Source of the DNA: Octopus vulgaris
Lineage: Eukaryota
NCBI GenBank assembly: GCA_951406725.2
Contig: OX597815.1
Coordinates: 73,222,001-73,286,000 of the forward strand
Length of the DNA stretch: 64,000 nucleotides
Direction: 5' to 3'
Shown here: piece by piece, positions 1 through 14,954 of the stretch
How the letters are laid out: each line of letters starts with the position of its first letter
Numbering within the stretch: the stretch's first letter is position 1
Program-made: the position numbers and the translations under genes
Notes under the pieces: model-generated
What the model was told of the DNA's origin: nothing
What the model saw: the letters and a program-made list of their open reading frames with translations, nothing else
The model's database searches: none

Positions 1-262
1 CCTTGTAAAATTTTTATCATAAAAATTTAGACTCGAAATTTACCGTCATGGCACACTAACCTCGGTGTTGATTGACAGCTAAAAGAACCGATAAATGTTG
101 AACCAACTACCGTTAAGTATCCAGATAGTGAACACAACGTAGAACAGGTCCTGCAATTTCTCGAAAGATGAATAAATTGTTTTTTATAGCCAACACGGCC
201 AGTACCAATGACCAAGACACCAAATATTCACTGATTCAGTCCAATTATTCGTAAATACAGAC

Positions 263-887
263 CAGTGTTTCTCAACCATATTTTGTCTATGGACCCCTTT
301 GATTCCTATTTTTATCAGGTGGACCCTTATAGCCAATCGATGTTTTAAAAATATTTTTATAATTAAATATTATTAGGAATTGTGTGAAAAATCTTTTTTA
401 ATGTTTTGTGCATTCTATAAGTATAAAACAACGTTAAGCGCATGCGTGGCTGTGTGGTAAGAAGCTTGCTTACCAACCACATGATTCTGGGTTCAGACCC
501 ACTGCGTGGCACCTTCTACTATAGACCCTGGCCTACCAAAACCTCGTGAGTGGATTTGGTAGGCGGAAACTGAAAGAAGCCCGTTGTATATGTATATATT
601 TATGTGTGTCTTTGTGTCTGCGTTTGTCCTCCCCCCATTACTAAACAACCGATGTTGGTGTGTTTATAAACCCGTAACTGATAGAATAAGTACTAGGCTT
701 TCAACGAATAAGTCTTGGGGTCAATTTCTTCGAATAAAAAATCCCATTTAAGGCGGTGTTCCAGCAAAGCCGAAGTCAAATGACTGAAACAAGTAAAAGA
801 ATAAAAGAATGAACTGCAGATAAACTTCAGCAACAAAATCTTATATGGGCACTCAAGGGCTAAACGGACCCCGGTCGAGAACCACTG
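263..887. mobile_element. hAT-like MITE with nested SINE
   Basis: TIRs cagtgtttctcaacc / ggtcgagaaccactg; degenerate 8-bp TSD atacagac (255-262) / atatatac (888-895). Confidence 0.7.
438..810 (+). mobile_element. tRNA-derived SINE family A (CORE-like centre)
   Basis: tRNA-like head gcgtggctgtgtggtaagaagcttgct...gggttcag, body gtgagtggatttggtaggcggaaactgaaagaagccc, tail tgactgaaacaagtaaaagaataaaag; homologous copies at 3105, 12752, 29095, 38140, 38805. Confidence 0.85.
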
Positions 888-1071
888 ATATATACAAATA
901 CAGTTATATCAAATATTATAGCACATAAATGCTTGATTAAGAATTTATGCCTAAAGATAAGCAGACAGTCGTGCAGGTGTGGCACTGTGGGTAAGTGTCT
1001 TTTAATTATGGCCTCGGGCCGACCAAAGCCTAGTGAGTGGATTTGGTAAACGGAAACTGAAAAAAGCTCAT

Positions 1072-1390
<319 letters not shown>

Positions 1391-1391
1391 A

Positions 1392-3003
<1,612 letters not shown>

Positions 3004-3104
3004 ATGATTATAAAACCCCTGAAGCCTAGATACACTGGACCAGCCACCTCACCCAAACCAGTTGCAACGGAATTGTGCCAGTGACCAGGCTGCAGTTGGA
3101 ATCT

Positions 3105-3490
3105 TTTAACTTTTACTTGTTTCAATCATTAGACTGCGGCCATGCTGGAGCACCACCTTGAAGAATATTTAGTTGAATGAATCAATCCCAGTACTCTTTT
3201 TTAAAGCCTGGTAATTATTTTATCGGCCTCTTTTGCTAAACCGCTAAGTTACGGGGACGCAAACACAACATCGGTTATCAAGCGGTGGTATGAGGCGCGC
3301 GCGCGCGCACACACAAACACATATACATACGACGAGCTGCCTTCAGTTTCTGTCAACCATATCCACTCAGAAGGCTTTTGTCAGGCTATACTAGTAGTAG
3401 GCACTAGCCCAATGTCCCACGCAATGGAACTAAACTCGGAATTATGTGGTTGGAAAGCAAACTTCTTACTATACAGCGACGCCTTCGCCT
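3105..3490 (-). mobile_element. SINE family A
   Basis: Reverse-complement match to 438-810. Confidence 0.8.
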
Positions 3491-3999
3491 AAGATGAAAA
3501 TGTGGACACCACATAGTAATTGTTAAATAAAGTGTTAACGGTCTTTGAATGTTTTTAGATGCCTAATATGTATCTTCCACGCTGTAATTGTTTCAGTTTC
3601 AAGACACCGTCTCAGATCAATTCACTCGTCAGACAAGTGCACTTCGGAAATTTTTCATTTTTCCTTTGTCTAAAGCTTGAGTGTTTCGAGTCTGGTCAAA
3701 AGAAAAGAAATAATATATAATCCTGGTGTCAAATCTAATCATCTATTCGTGGCTCAACATATAAATAAATAAATAGATAAATAAATAACATTGCTTTCGT
3801 TGTTTAGCTCCAGGTCAACCGTGTTTGAGATAACTGGTGATCAAACGATTGACAGCCATGATCCATCTTTATCAAACGATTGACAACCATGATCCATCTT
3901 TATCTAATGTGTGTGTGTATGTGTACAAGCTGGTGGGGCGATTTGTTTGTAATTTCCGGCAGGTCGTACGACCACGATGAATTATGCAGTGTTTAGGGT

Positions 4000-4195
4000 T
4001 ACGCATGCTGGGTGAAATGCTTAGCGGAGTTTCATCCGTCTTTACGTTCTGAGTTCAAATTCCATGGAAGTCGACTTTGCTTTTCGTCCTTTCGAAATCG
4101 AAAAAATAAGCACCACTTGAGCTCTGAGGTCAATGTAATCGACCTGCCTCCTTCCACGAAATTGCTGGCTTTGTGCCAAAATTTGAAGCCAGTAT
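4000..4195 (+). mobile_element. SINE family B (head with internal hairpin; central gtcgactttgcctttcatcctttcggggtcgataaa domain)
   Basis: B-box gagttcaaattcc, central domain, tail gcttgtgccaaaatttgaa-like. Confidence 0.8.
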
Positions 4196-4403
4196 TGTAG
4201 TGTTTAGATGTCCCAATTATGTGTTTAGTCTTTTGTTTAATGTCTTAATAAATAATGTGCTTATAGCTCTTTTATTGAAGTGTTTAACATTGTTAGCGTT
4301 GTAATAATGTGTTTAGTATTAAAATATTGTTGTGTTTAATGATGTAATAATGTGTTCAGTGAAACAATGTTGCAGTGTTTTGTGATGTACTAATATACTG
4401 TTT

Positions 4404-4958
4404 GTGGAGGCTCGTGGCTTAGTGGTTAGGGTGTCAGCATCATGATCGTAAGATTGTGGTTTCGATTCCTGGACCGGGCGACACGTTGTGTTCTTGAGCA
4501 AAACACTTCATTTCACGTTGCTCCAGTCCACTCAGCTGGCAAAAATGAGTAACGCTGCGATGGACTGACGTCCCGTCCAGCTGGGGAGCACATACGTCAT
4601 TGAAACCGGGAACCGGGCCCATGAGCCTGGCTAGGCTTTAAAAGGGCGAAAGTGGAGGCGCAATGGCCCAGTGGTTAGGGCAGCGGACTCGCGGTCGAAG
4701 GATCGCGGTTTCGATTCTCAGACCGGGCGTTGTGTGTGTTTATTGAGCGAAAACACCTAAAAAGCACCACGATGCTCCAACAGGGGGTGGTGGCGCCCCC
4801 TGTTGTACTCTTTCGCCCCAACTTTCTCTCACTCTTTCTTCCTGTTTCTTGAGTAACGGTGCGATGGACTGGCGTCCTGTCCAGCGGGGGGGGGACATAC
4901 ACCACAGAAACCGGGAAACCGGGCCCATGAGCCTGGCTAGGCCCGAAAAGGGCGCATA
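4404..4958 (+). mobile_element. Two tandem tRNA-derived SINEs of family C
   Basis: Heads gtggaggctcgtggcttagtggttagg and gtggaggcgcaatggcccagtggttaggg with B-box ggtttcgattc; shared tail gggcccatgagcctggctagg. Confidence 0.8.
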
Positions 4959-5003
4959 AATAAGCAAAATATACTGTTTAGGTCTTATGATATTATTGTG
5001 TTT

Positions 5004-5420
5004 GGGCGGCGAGCTTGCAGAATCGTTAGTATGCCGGATAAAATGCTTAGCGATATTTCGCCTGTCTTTAATGTCCAAATTCTGCCGATGGTCGATAAAA
5101 TAAGTACCAGTTGAGAACTAGGGGTGATGTAAACGACTTACCCCTCCCCCGAAATTTCTGGCCTTGTGCCAAACTTTGAAATTTATATTATTGTGTGTAG
5201 GCAACGTGCTGGCAGAATTATTAGCGCGCCGGACAAACTGCTTAGCGACATTTTGCTCGTCCTTACGTTCCCAGTTCAAATATTCCGCAGAGGTCAACTT
5301 CGCCTTTCAGCCTTTTAGGAACGATAAAATATAGCACCAGCTGAATACAAGGGTCGATGTAATCGACTTAAGCCTTTCACCCGAAATTTGCTGGCCTTGT
5401 GCCAAAATGCGAAACCAATA
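5004..5420 (+). mobile_element. Two SINE family B copies
   Basis: Heads ggcggcgagcttgcagaatcgttag and ggcaacgtgctggcagaattattag; tails ggccttgtgccaaa. Confidence 0.8.
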
Positions 5421-5791
5421 TTATTGTGTTTAGTGTTTGTTATGTTGTAATAATGTTTAATGTGGCAGCAGTGTGTCTAGTGTCGCAAAAATGTAGTGTT
5501 TTGTGTGAATATGTAGTATTTGGTGTTGTTCCTATGTTGCGTTTACTTGTAATAGTGGAGACTTCAGTGCAGGAATGTTGGGTTTAATTTCCTGGTGTAG
5601 TGTTTAGCGTGGTTCTAAGTTCGTGTTTAATATTATATTAATATTATACTAATTGTTTAGCGGTTTATTAATACAGTGTTTGATGTTGCATTAACGTGGC
5701 GTTTAGCGTTGTACCACTGTAGTGTTTAGTGTCGTACTAATATAGTGTTTTCCGTTGCAAAAATATAGAGTTCAGTGATGTACATGAATCC

Positions 5792-6133
5792 AGGCGAAAA
5801 AAATGTCACTGGAAAAAAAGTCACGGGAAATAAGTCACAGGAAAATAGTCAGGGATTTTGTCCGAGAGGGTTTGTCCGGATCCCATAAATTGATTGACTT
5901 TTTTTCCTTGCCAAAATTGTGACTTTTTCCTAGCCAAAATTGTGACTTTTTCCTAGCCAAAATTGTGACTTTTTTTCTAGCCAAAATTGTGACTTTTTTT
6001 CTAGCCAAAATTGTGACTTTTTCCTAGCCAAAATTGTGACTTTTTTCTAGCCAAAATTGTGACTTTTTTTCTAGCCAAAATTGTGACTTAATTCCTGTAA
6101 CTTCTTTTCCCTGTGACGTTATTACCGGTCACC
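5792..6133. repeat. Minisatellite (22-24 bp ttttcctagccaaaattgtgac, ~8 copies) within a probable fold-back element
   Basis: Tandem units at 5909-6088; ggaaaaaaagtcac motifs on the left and gtgac...ttttcc on the right in inverted orientation. Confidence 0.7.
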
Positions 6134-6929
6134 GTCATACTAATGTTTAGTGTTTAGCTTTGTTCTGGCGTGGTATTTAATATTGTGTTGTACACATGTA
6201 GTGTTTAGTGTTATAATATTGTAGAGCAGAACTGTACTACTTGCAACACATTGAGCTTGTTTGAAAACAATTCCAGTCTTTTGTCATATTTCAAATGGAC
6301 AACCACAATAAGTCCATGACTTCAAGGCCACCCGTTTATTTCAACTTTTCCATCTCGACATTTGTTCATTTGGGGTGAAAATTTAGCCCTTCCCTTCTAA
6401 CTCTGCAATGGATATAACGAACATTGCAAGACTTACTGTTTGTTATTGTTGCTGTTGTTGCTACTCCTTTAGTTGTTGTTGTTGTGTCTGCTGCTAGTGA
6501 GGGACCCCGCAGTGCTGTTGGCTTTCAAGTTCATATTATTGCTAGCTTTGAATTTCAGCGGATTTTTTTCATTTTTTTATTTTTTTTTTTACTTCGCCTT
6601 ATTTTTTGTTGTTAGTGTTTTATTTTCATTGTGTTTGTTTTGTTTTTACTTTGTTTTTCTCTTTTTCCCTCTTATTGATTTTTTTTTTGTTGTGTTCTTT
6701 GGCTGGTGATTTTTTTTATGCGTTGCTTATTGAACGCGTTCGTTTCTCTTCCACTCATGCCCTCTCTCCGACCTCCCCATCCCCCGCCTTTTACCTCACC
6801 TCCCTTTCATCCACACACTGCCCCGACCCCATTGGTACCTTTGATACAAAAATTAGGTAGAGGGGTTCATAATGATCGTCTGAAACCGTATAAATGGATA
6901 TTGTTAGAGAGTGTCGTGAAACGGATGTG

Positions 6930-7920
6930 GTAATGGTGGCGATCTTGGTGATGGTGACCATCGTGGCGATGGAGGAGGTGGCGATGGAGGAGGTGGTGGT
7001 GGTGATGTTGGCGGGAGTGGTGTTGTTTGCGGTCGCGGAGGTACTGCTACTGCAGCTAATAATGGTGATGATAGTGGTGGTGGTGGTAATGATGATGATG
7101 ATGATGATGATGATGGTGGTGGTGGCGATTTTGTGGTGGCGACGGAGGTGGTGGTGGCGGTGGAGATATCGATTGCGGTCGCGGAGGTACTGTGTTTGCA
7201 ACGAATGATGATGATGATGATGATGATTTATGATGGTGGTGGTGGTAATGATAACGATGATGATGATGGTAGTGGAGGTGGTGGTAGTTCTGGTGGTAAT
7301 GGTGATGAGGATGATGATGGTGGTGGTGGTGGTGGTGGTAGTGGTGATGATGATGGTGATGGTGGTAATGATGTTGGCGGGAGTGGTGTTTACGGTCGCA
7401 GAGGTACTGCTACTGCAGCTAATAATGATGATGGTAGTGGTGGCGATGGCGGTAATAGTGGTAATGGTGATGATGGTGGTGGCGAGGAAGGTGGTGGTGG
7501 TAGTGGTGGTGGTAGTGGCGGTGGTGAAGTTGATTGCGGTCGCGGAATTACTGGTACTGCAAATGATGATGGTGACGATGATGGTGGGGGTGGTGGTGAT
7601 TGTGGTGGTGCTGCTGGTTGTGGTGGTAATGATGATAAGGATGATGGTGGTGGTGGTGTGGTGGTGGTGGTAGTGGTGGTGGTGGTAGTGGCTGTTGCGG
7701 TGGTTGTGCATGCGTTGGCGGTTTATGTGGTGGTTATGAGTCTGTAGTTTTGAGTCCGCGGTGGTAGTGCTGGTGGTGTTGGGGTGGCTACAATGATGAT
7801 AATTGTGGTAATAGTAGTTCTGGTTCTAGTGGGTGGCGGTAAATGGGTGGATAACGAGTATTTGTTACTCTAGCGGTGCAAATGGTTTTGATGATGTTGG
7901 GACAGCAGCAGCAGCAGTAG

Positions 7921-7976
<56 letters not shown>

Positions 7977-8920
7977 GCTGCTGCTGTTGTTGTTGTTGTT
8001 GCTGTTGTTGTCGCTGTTGTTGTTGCTGCTGCTGCTGCTGCTGTTGTTGTTGGTGGTGGTGGTGGTGGTGTTGGTAGTGGTGGTGGTGGTGGTGTTTGAT
8101 ACAGCAGTTGTGATAGAGGCAGTCGTGATGATGTAATTACTGTGGTGGGTAATGGCGGCGGCGGCGATGGTGGTGGAGTTGTTATTGTGGTGTTTATGGT
8201 CCGGAGGTAAATGTCGATGATGTAATCGCTGTGATTGTACTGTGTTGTTTGCGGTTGTACTTATAGTTGTTGCTTAATTGTTGTTGTGTTGTGTTGTGTT
8301 GCATTGTTGTAATTGTGTTGTTTTCTAGTTTTGCAGTGATTTGTAGTTGTGTTGTTTTGAAGTTTTGTGTTGTTTTGTAGTTGTGTTGTGTTGTAGTTGT
8401 GTTGTGTTGTAGTTGTGTGTTGTGTTGTAGTTGGGTGTTGTGTTGTAGTTGTGTGTTGTGTTGTAGTTATGTTGTAGTTGTGTGTTGTGTTGTAGTGTGT
8501 TGTGTTGTAGTTGTGTGTTGTAGTTGCGTTGTGTTGTGTTGTAGTTGTGTGTTGTGTTGTAGTTGTGTGTTGTGTTGTAGTTGTGTGTTGTGTTGTAGTT
8601 GTGTTGTGTTGTAGTTGTGTGTTGTGTTGTAGTTGTGTTGGTTTGTAGTTGTATGTTGAGTTGTAGTAGTGTTGTTTTGTGTTTTGTAGTTGTGTGTTAT
8701 TTTGTAGCTGTGCGTCGTGTTGTAGCTGTTATTTCCTAGATATGTGTTGTGTTGTGTTATAGTTGTGTGTTATGTTGTAGTGTGTTGTGTTGTAGTTGTG
8801 TTGTGTTGCAGTTGTGTATTGTGTTGTAGTTGTTTGTTGTGTTGTAGTTGATTGTTGTGTTGTAGTTATGTGTTGTTGTTGTGTGCTGTTTTGCAGTTGT
8901 GAGTTATGTTGTAGTTGTGA
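6930..8920. repeat. Cryptic (GGT/GAT/GTT)n and (GTTGT)n low-complexity tract
   Basis: Directly visible; includes an internal duplication (gatgttggcgggagtggtgtt...gaggtactgctactgcagctaataatg). Confidence 0.9.
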
Positions 8921-8921
8921 C

Positions 8922-9071
8922 CAGGGCCCTCTTAGTAGCATTATAGGCCCGGGAAAAATTAAAGCTTGGGCCCTGTAGTATTTATTTTTTTGACAACAAA
9001 CCACAACACACGTAGATTCGAACAGGCTCCTGGGCACCTACCTAAAGTGCCCACGTCTTAAGAGAGCACTA
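8922..9071. mobile_element. hAT-like MITE
   Basis: TIRs cagggccctctta / taagagagcacta; perfect 8-bp TSD gttgtgac at 8914-8921 and 9072-9079. Confidence 0.8.
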
Positions 9072-9504
9072 GTTGTGACTGTGGTTGCAGTTGTTATAAT
9101 TATAGTTGTGTTGTAATAGTTTATGGCTGTGTCTGAGGTTGTGCCGCACTTGAGGTTGCTCTTGTGATGATAGTTACGGTGTCACTATATGAATGTGATA
9201 TTGGCTTCAAATTTTTGGCACAAGGCCAGCAATTTCGGGTGAGGGATTAAGTCCACTGCAGTGTTTAACTGGTCCTTATTTAAGATAGTGGTGGTGTTTA
9301 TTGGGTTGCTGTTTATCCCAAGATCTGTCCTTATTGAAAAAACATGAAATTCGTCCAAGTCGCACCATCCTGCCAAAAAGAATATATATATATATATCAG
9401 GCGTAGTATATCTGGGACTACATCATTTAACGTGTTAAAACCATTAGAAAAGTTTAGCAGTGTAATTTAGATGGGATTTGGCTACTATTTCTTGCAACTT
9501 AAGT

Positions 9505-9812
<308 letters not shown>

Positions 9813-10818
9813 TGCTGTTGTAGCAGACACACACACACATGCATACAACGGTCTTCCATAGTTTCCGTCTACCAAGTTCACAAGATATTGATGAGACAAA
9901 GGCTACCGTAGAAGATAATAGCCCAAAGTGCCACGCAGCAGGACTGAATCCAGAACCACGTGGTTTCTAAGGCGAGTTTCTCAACTACACAGCCATATCT
10001 GCTCCGATTGTTGTCATTGTTTTGCTGCTGTTGTTCTATCTCCGTAGATGTTGAAAATACATTTCGTCTGAAACACACACTCACACACATACACACATAC
10101 ACTCATTCATACACATACAACATATATATAATACATACTTATACGTACATACAAACACACACATACATATGCTTACGTACAAATATACGTGCGTGCATTC
10201 ACACAAAAATACATGCGTATATATACACATTCATACAAAGGAATGCATATACAGGGTCATATATGTATTATGTGTGTGTATGTATTATACACATGTGTGT
10301 GTTTGTATGTGTGTGCACGTGTTGTAAATATACAATACATATCACACAGATATATTCATAAGCGCATACACGCACACACGCTCTAAACTTAAATACTGAA
10401 AATTTGTCAACTAGACAGTTGACAAACACGAACATTTTCTAATTTTACATGCAACATACAGATTATCAACATTCTTACATACACAAACTGACACACACGC
10501 ACATACACATACACGCACACACACACATATATATATATATATACATATATACGCAAAAATGCATACATGTACATATAAGTGTTTGTGTGTGTGAGTTTGA
10601 GTGTGTGTGTGCGTGTAAATAAGAACTTACAAGGAAATTATGATGTACAGCATGCAACGGACACACATACACACACACAAACACTCAATTATATACACGC
10701 GCACTCACACACACACGACACCACACGCATGCATATATGTATATAACATATACACACAGAAATCAAAACACGGGTATTAAAGCATAATTATACAGGCACA
10801 CACGCACGCAGACAGACA

Positions 10819-11103
<285 letters not shown>

Positions 11104-11109
11104 ATATTT

Positions 11110-11330
11110 GGATCTTTTCTGTTTGGATCTTTTCTGTTTGATGGACGGAATTTTCTAGTTAACTACAAAATTTGAAACTTCGTATACTGGTAGAATGTGT
11201 CAAAAGAAAACATTATTGTAAACAAAATTGAAAACAAAATTGTAATTCGTAACTTTAACGTAGTTTAATTCTACGAATTTTAACCAATGAAATCGCAGCA
11301 TTCGAGCTAAAATTATTTGCTGCGTCTAAA
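11110..11330. mobile_element. One arm of a GGATC-terminated MITE related to 49244-49885
   Basis: Starts ggatctttt and shares aaacttcg.a.actggtagaatgtgtc. Confidence 0.6.
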
Positions 11331-11492
11331 AACTCACACGCACACGTCTTATTCATCCTTTCTCTCCCTTCTGTCTTCCACATGTGCTAAAAATAACAGC
11401 TATATCTCTTAAATCGGAGGTGCTCTGGTGCTGTGCAGTAGGATTGAATCCAGAACCAGATTGTTTAGAAGCAAATTTCTTACCACAGCCTT

Positions 11493-12609
11493 CAAGGATA
11501 TTCATGCTAACATGGTTGTTACGCTCGGAAAGGATGCTCCTGCTTTATCAACAGTACAAAAGTGGGCAGCTGAATTTGGGAGGGGAAGGCAGAATCTTAA
11601 AAGATGACCAAGGTCCGGACGTCCTGCAACTGTTACCACCGAGGGAAACATTGATCGTGTTCACCACATGGTGATGGATGATAGGCGATTGATTATAAAT
11701 CAAATAGTCAATGCTATTAGCATATCCCATAAGAGAGTTGAAAATATTCTGCTCAATGGACTTGGCATGATGACGGTTTCTGCTCAGCAGGTCTCATGTC
11801 TTCTGACACCCAATCAAAAGCGCACCGGGCTAATCAGAGTACGGAAAAATCTGAGACGGAGGTTTTTGGCGTAACCTAAACCCTAACCATAACCCTAATC
11901 CTAAACACCAGGTGTGCGTATTCTTTACCTTCGCCAAATCTGATATTGTTTGCGGAAGATCCAGCTGGTCTCCTTGGACGTTTCCTAGCCCAGGATGAGT
12001 GTTGGGTTTATCACTTTGAGCCAGAGACAAAGACAGTCCATGCAAGGGGAAAATCCCTCCTCGCCTGCTTCAAAGAAGGCCAACGTCATTTCATTTGCAT
12101 GGAAGGCGATGTCCTCAGTTTTTGGGATGCAAAAGGCATTGTGTTAGATTATCTTCAACAGGGACACACCGTTAATGGAGAGTACTATGTCAACTTGCTA
12201 TAGCAATTACAGAAGGCAATCAAGACCAAATGCCCTGGAAAACTGACAAAAGGGGTCTTATTTCACTAGGACAATCTTCCAGCACACAAATCCCTGCTTT
12301 CAATGCTGCGCACGACTGTCACTTTGAACTGGTTGAGCACCTTTCCTATTCTCCTGATTTGGCCCCATCGGACTATCATTTGTTCCCAACAGGAAAGGGA
12401 GAAAAAAACATTTGGTTTGGAACCAGTATCGCAATGATGACGACGTCATATCTGCTGTTGATGACTTTTTAACCAACAAGATAAAAGCTTCATCACCAAT
12501 GGGATCCAAGCACTGCAACACCGATGGAAGTAATATGTGGACAGCATTTGGTCATGAGAGCGTGAAAGTTATCTTGGTAAGCCTACGAACTTTTCAGCTG
12601 ACCCTCGTA
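11493..12609 (+). mobile_element. Decayed mariner (DD34D) transposon, 5'-truncated
   Basis: Transposase motifs across frames: STVQKWAAEF, FLAQDECWVYHFEPETK, FWDAKGIVLDYLQQGHTVNGEYY, YSPDLAPSDYHLFP; right end ...cagctgaccctcg + TA. Confidence 0.92.
11855..11935. mobile_element. 81-bp mini-MITE with telomere-like core inside the mariner
   Basis: 8-bp TSD aaatctga (11847-11854, 11936-11943); imperfect TIR gacggaggt/accttcgcc; internal (TAACCC)-like units; removing it restores the transposase frame. Confidence 0.75.
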
Positions 12610-12668
12610 TATTTCATATTATATCATATATATGTATATGTGCATCACATATACATATATGTTTGTAA

Positions 12669-12749
<81 letters not shown>

Positions 12750-12751
12750 CT

Positions 12752-14848
12752 TTTCTTTTTCTTTTATTGGTTACACTCATTTGACTGCGGCTATGCGTGA
12801 GCACCGCATTTAGTCGAACAAATCGCCCCCAGGACTTATTCTTCGTAAGCCTAGTATTTATTCTATCGGTCTCTTTTGCCGAACCGCTGAGATACGAGGA
12901 CATAAACACACCAATATCGGTTGTCAAGCGATGGTGTGGGACAAACACTGTCACACAAACATATGTATATAAAGGACGGGCTTCTTTCAGTATCCGCCTA
13001 CCAAATCCATTCACAAGGCTTTGGTCGGCTCGAGGCTATAGTAGAAGACATTTGTCCAAAGTGCCACGCAGTAGGACTGAACCAGGAACTATGTGGTTGG
13101 AAAGCAAACTACTTTATTTTATGAAATTGGTCATGAAGGCCTTATACATAGAGAGAACAGTTTTAAAAAAAACGAATGGAAAGAATGAATTAATATAATG
13201 AAAGATGAAATGAAGCCGTTCGGCCCCACCCACGAGCGACTTCATTGAACCTGTTAATATCACCTTTTTTAAAACTAGTTTATAATGTTATTTTTTTCTT
13301 TTTAGCGAAAGCTAATTACCTCCTTCTGAAGAATGTTTACATTATAGTTTCTTAAATATCCTGAAAACTTACTTGTTTCGGCATTGAGCTGGTGTCCAGC
13401 TTCTTGACTCACCACTTGTCTTGATTTTCTTTATAGTCCTTCAATTCCGACTTATATTCTGGGTCTGTCACTACACAACGAATATACTTGGGCACCCCCT
13501 TCACTCCTGATACATCCACTTTTATAGCAGTGTCCCACAAGTCTATTTTATCATAAAGTTCTTCATTTTCGCCATTGTACAATATGTTTTTTTCAAGGGC
13601 GAGGGTGGGGAAATTTGGGGCTCCTGTGTGCTTGTGGTTGTCTTCATGTCAGGTAGGGCATGGAGAGGGCTGGTGCCTGTAGAGGGTGGTTGGGGTAAAG
13701 TGGGTGTGAGATGGGGGTTATTCTTTACAGCGTGTGCTTTTTTCTCTTTCTTCTCTTTCTCCCAGCTGTTTCCCATTCATTGTCCATCTCCTCTTCTTCG
13801 ACGCTGGTACTGGTCTTTGTGGTGCCGCTTCTCTCTTCTTTCCCTCAACCTCCACGGATAGTGGAGCACCAGCCACTTTCTCATTCTTTTGTCTCTCCTT
13901 AGCCTTCACAGGTGGTGGAGGACAATCCGCTCTGAGGATTCCGCGATGCTATAAATATGGCCTAGAAAGGCTACATTTATAGCATCGCAGAATCCTCCCT
14001 TCCACTCTGACTTTCAATGTTGTGCCCTGGACCGTGATTGTCTCTACCATATTTTCGATATCTTACACAGCAATCTGTACCACCATATCAAGGCTTTCTC
14101 CTTGCCAGTTCCTGAGGGATGTTCTGGTGGCCCGGAGGACCACCACCTTCTCCTCCATGACTAGCTGTATGGCAGCTACCAGCTAGACAACATCCACTTC
14201 TGGGAGTATGTCTTCTACCTTAACCCTGGAAGCTCGTCTCCCAAGATATACGGGTAGAAGCACCACTTCATCAGTTCTCATTGGTGTTGCTGAGTGCAGC
14301 CTGGTAGTAGCTACCTTCCGAAACCATACCTTCACTGTTCCAATTTTTTTTCCTCTGGCTAAGTAGGAAATTCCTTGCCAGATTGGTTTAAGTGCCTTAT
14401 CTATTTGAGCCGTTGACATGACTTCAATCTTCCTGGTTGCCACCGAGTATGTTCTGTAAATTATGGCTTTCTCATTTTTTCTTTTAATACTTGTTTGAGG
14501 GGAGGGCACCTTCACTTCTCCCCCCACCCTTTAAATAATTTTCTTGAATTTACTTATATCCTCCAGCCTCACGTCTTCGCTTCTTTCCTTCGTCACCTCT
14601 GCATAATTTTTCGTCTCCATCACTTCATCTATCCTCTTCAAAAACTCCACCATTTCTTCCTCAGACGACACAAAGTCTGAAGAAGAACAATTCAAACTTT
14701 CGCCCCTCCATTAAACAAGAGGGAAACCGTCGCACAGCTAAGACAGCAAAAAAAAACCCCAATAAACACGTGTGTTACTCGCAAAACCAACAATTCCACT
14801 GACAAATGGTATACCGGAAGCAAGCTTCTTACCACACAGCCACTCCCC
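12752..14848 (-). mobile_element. SINE family A split by a 1.7-kb retroelement
   Basis: SINE body 12752-13114 resumes at 14816 (ggaagcaagcttcttaccacacagccac). Confidence 0.8.
13115..14815 (-). mobile_element. ORF1/gag-only non-LTR retroelement (L1/Tx1-type ORF1, HAL1-like), decayed
   Basis: ORF remnants on - strand (14527-14183 and downstream ...VRVEGRILRCYKC...RADCP, a CCHC-knuckle remnant); A-rich 3' end at 13115; 15-bp degenerate TSD 13100-13114 / 14816-14830; no RT coding seen. Confidence 0.65.
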
Positions 14849-14954
14849 TTCCCTCCCCCTCTCTCTATATACATATACATACACATACATATATATATAT
14901 ACATGCATACACATACGTGTGTATCTGTATGTTTAACATATACAAACATAAGGC

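Noticed and set aside
3500-3715. Apparent - strand acceptor and exon
   Set aside because: Downstream sequence matches the MITE arm at ~30260-30318 and contains early stops
5909-6088. Regularly repeated 22-24-mers resembling a CRISPR array
   Set aside because: No unique spacers; plain minisatellite in eukaryotic DNA
6230-6430. Unique-looking segment with a - strand acceptor
   Set aside because: Stops in all three frames and no good donor; cannot be supported as an exon
6791-7747. Long Thr-, Val- and Gly/Asp-rich ORFs (up to 306 aa)
   Set aside because: Open in several frames on both strands because of trinucleotide repeats; no splice or domain evidence
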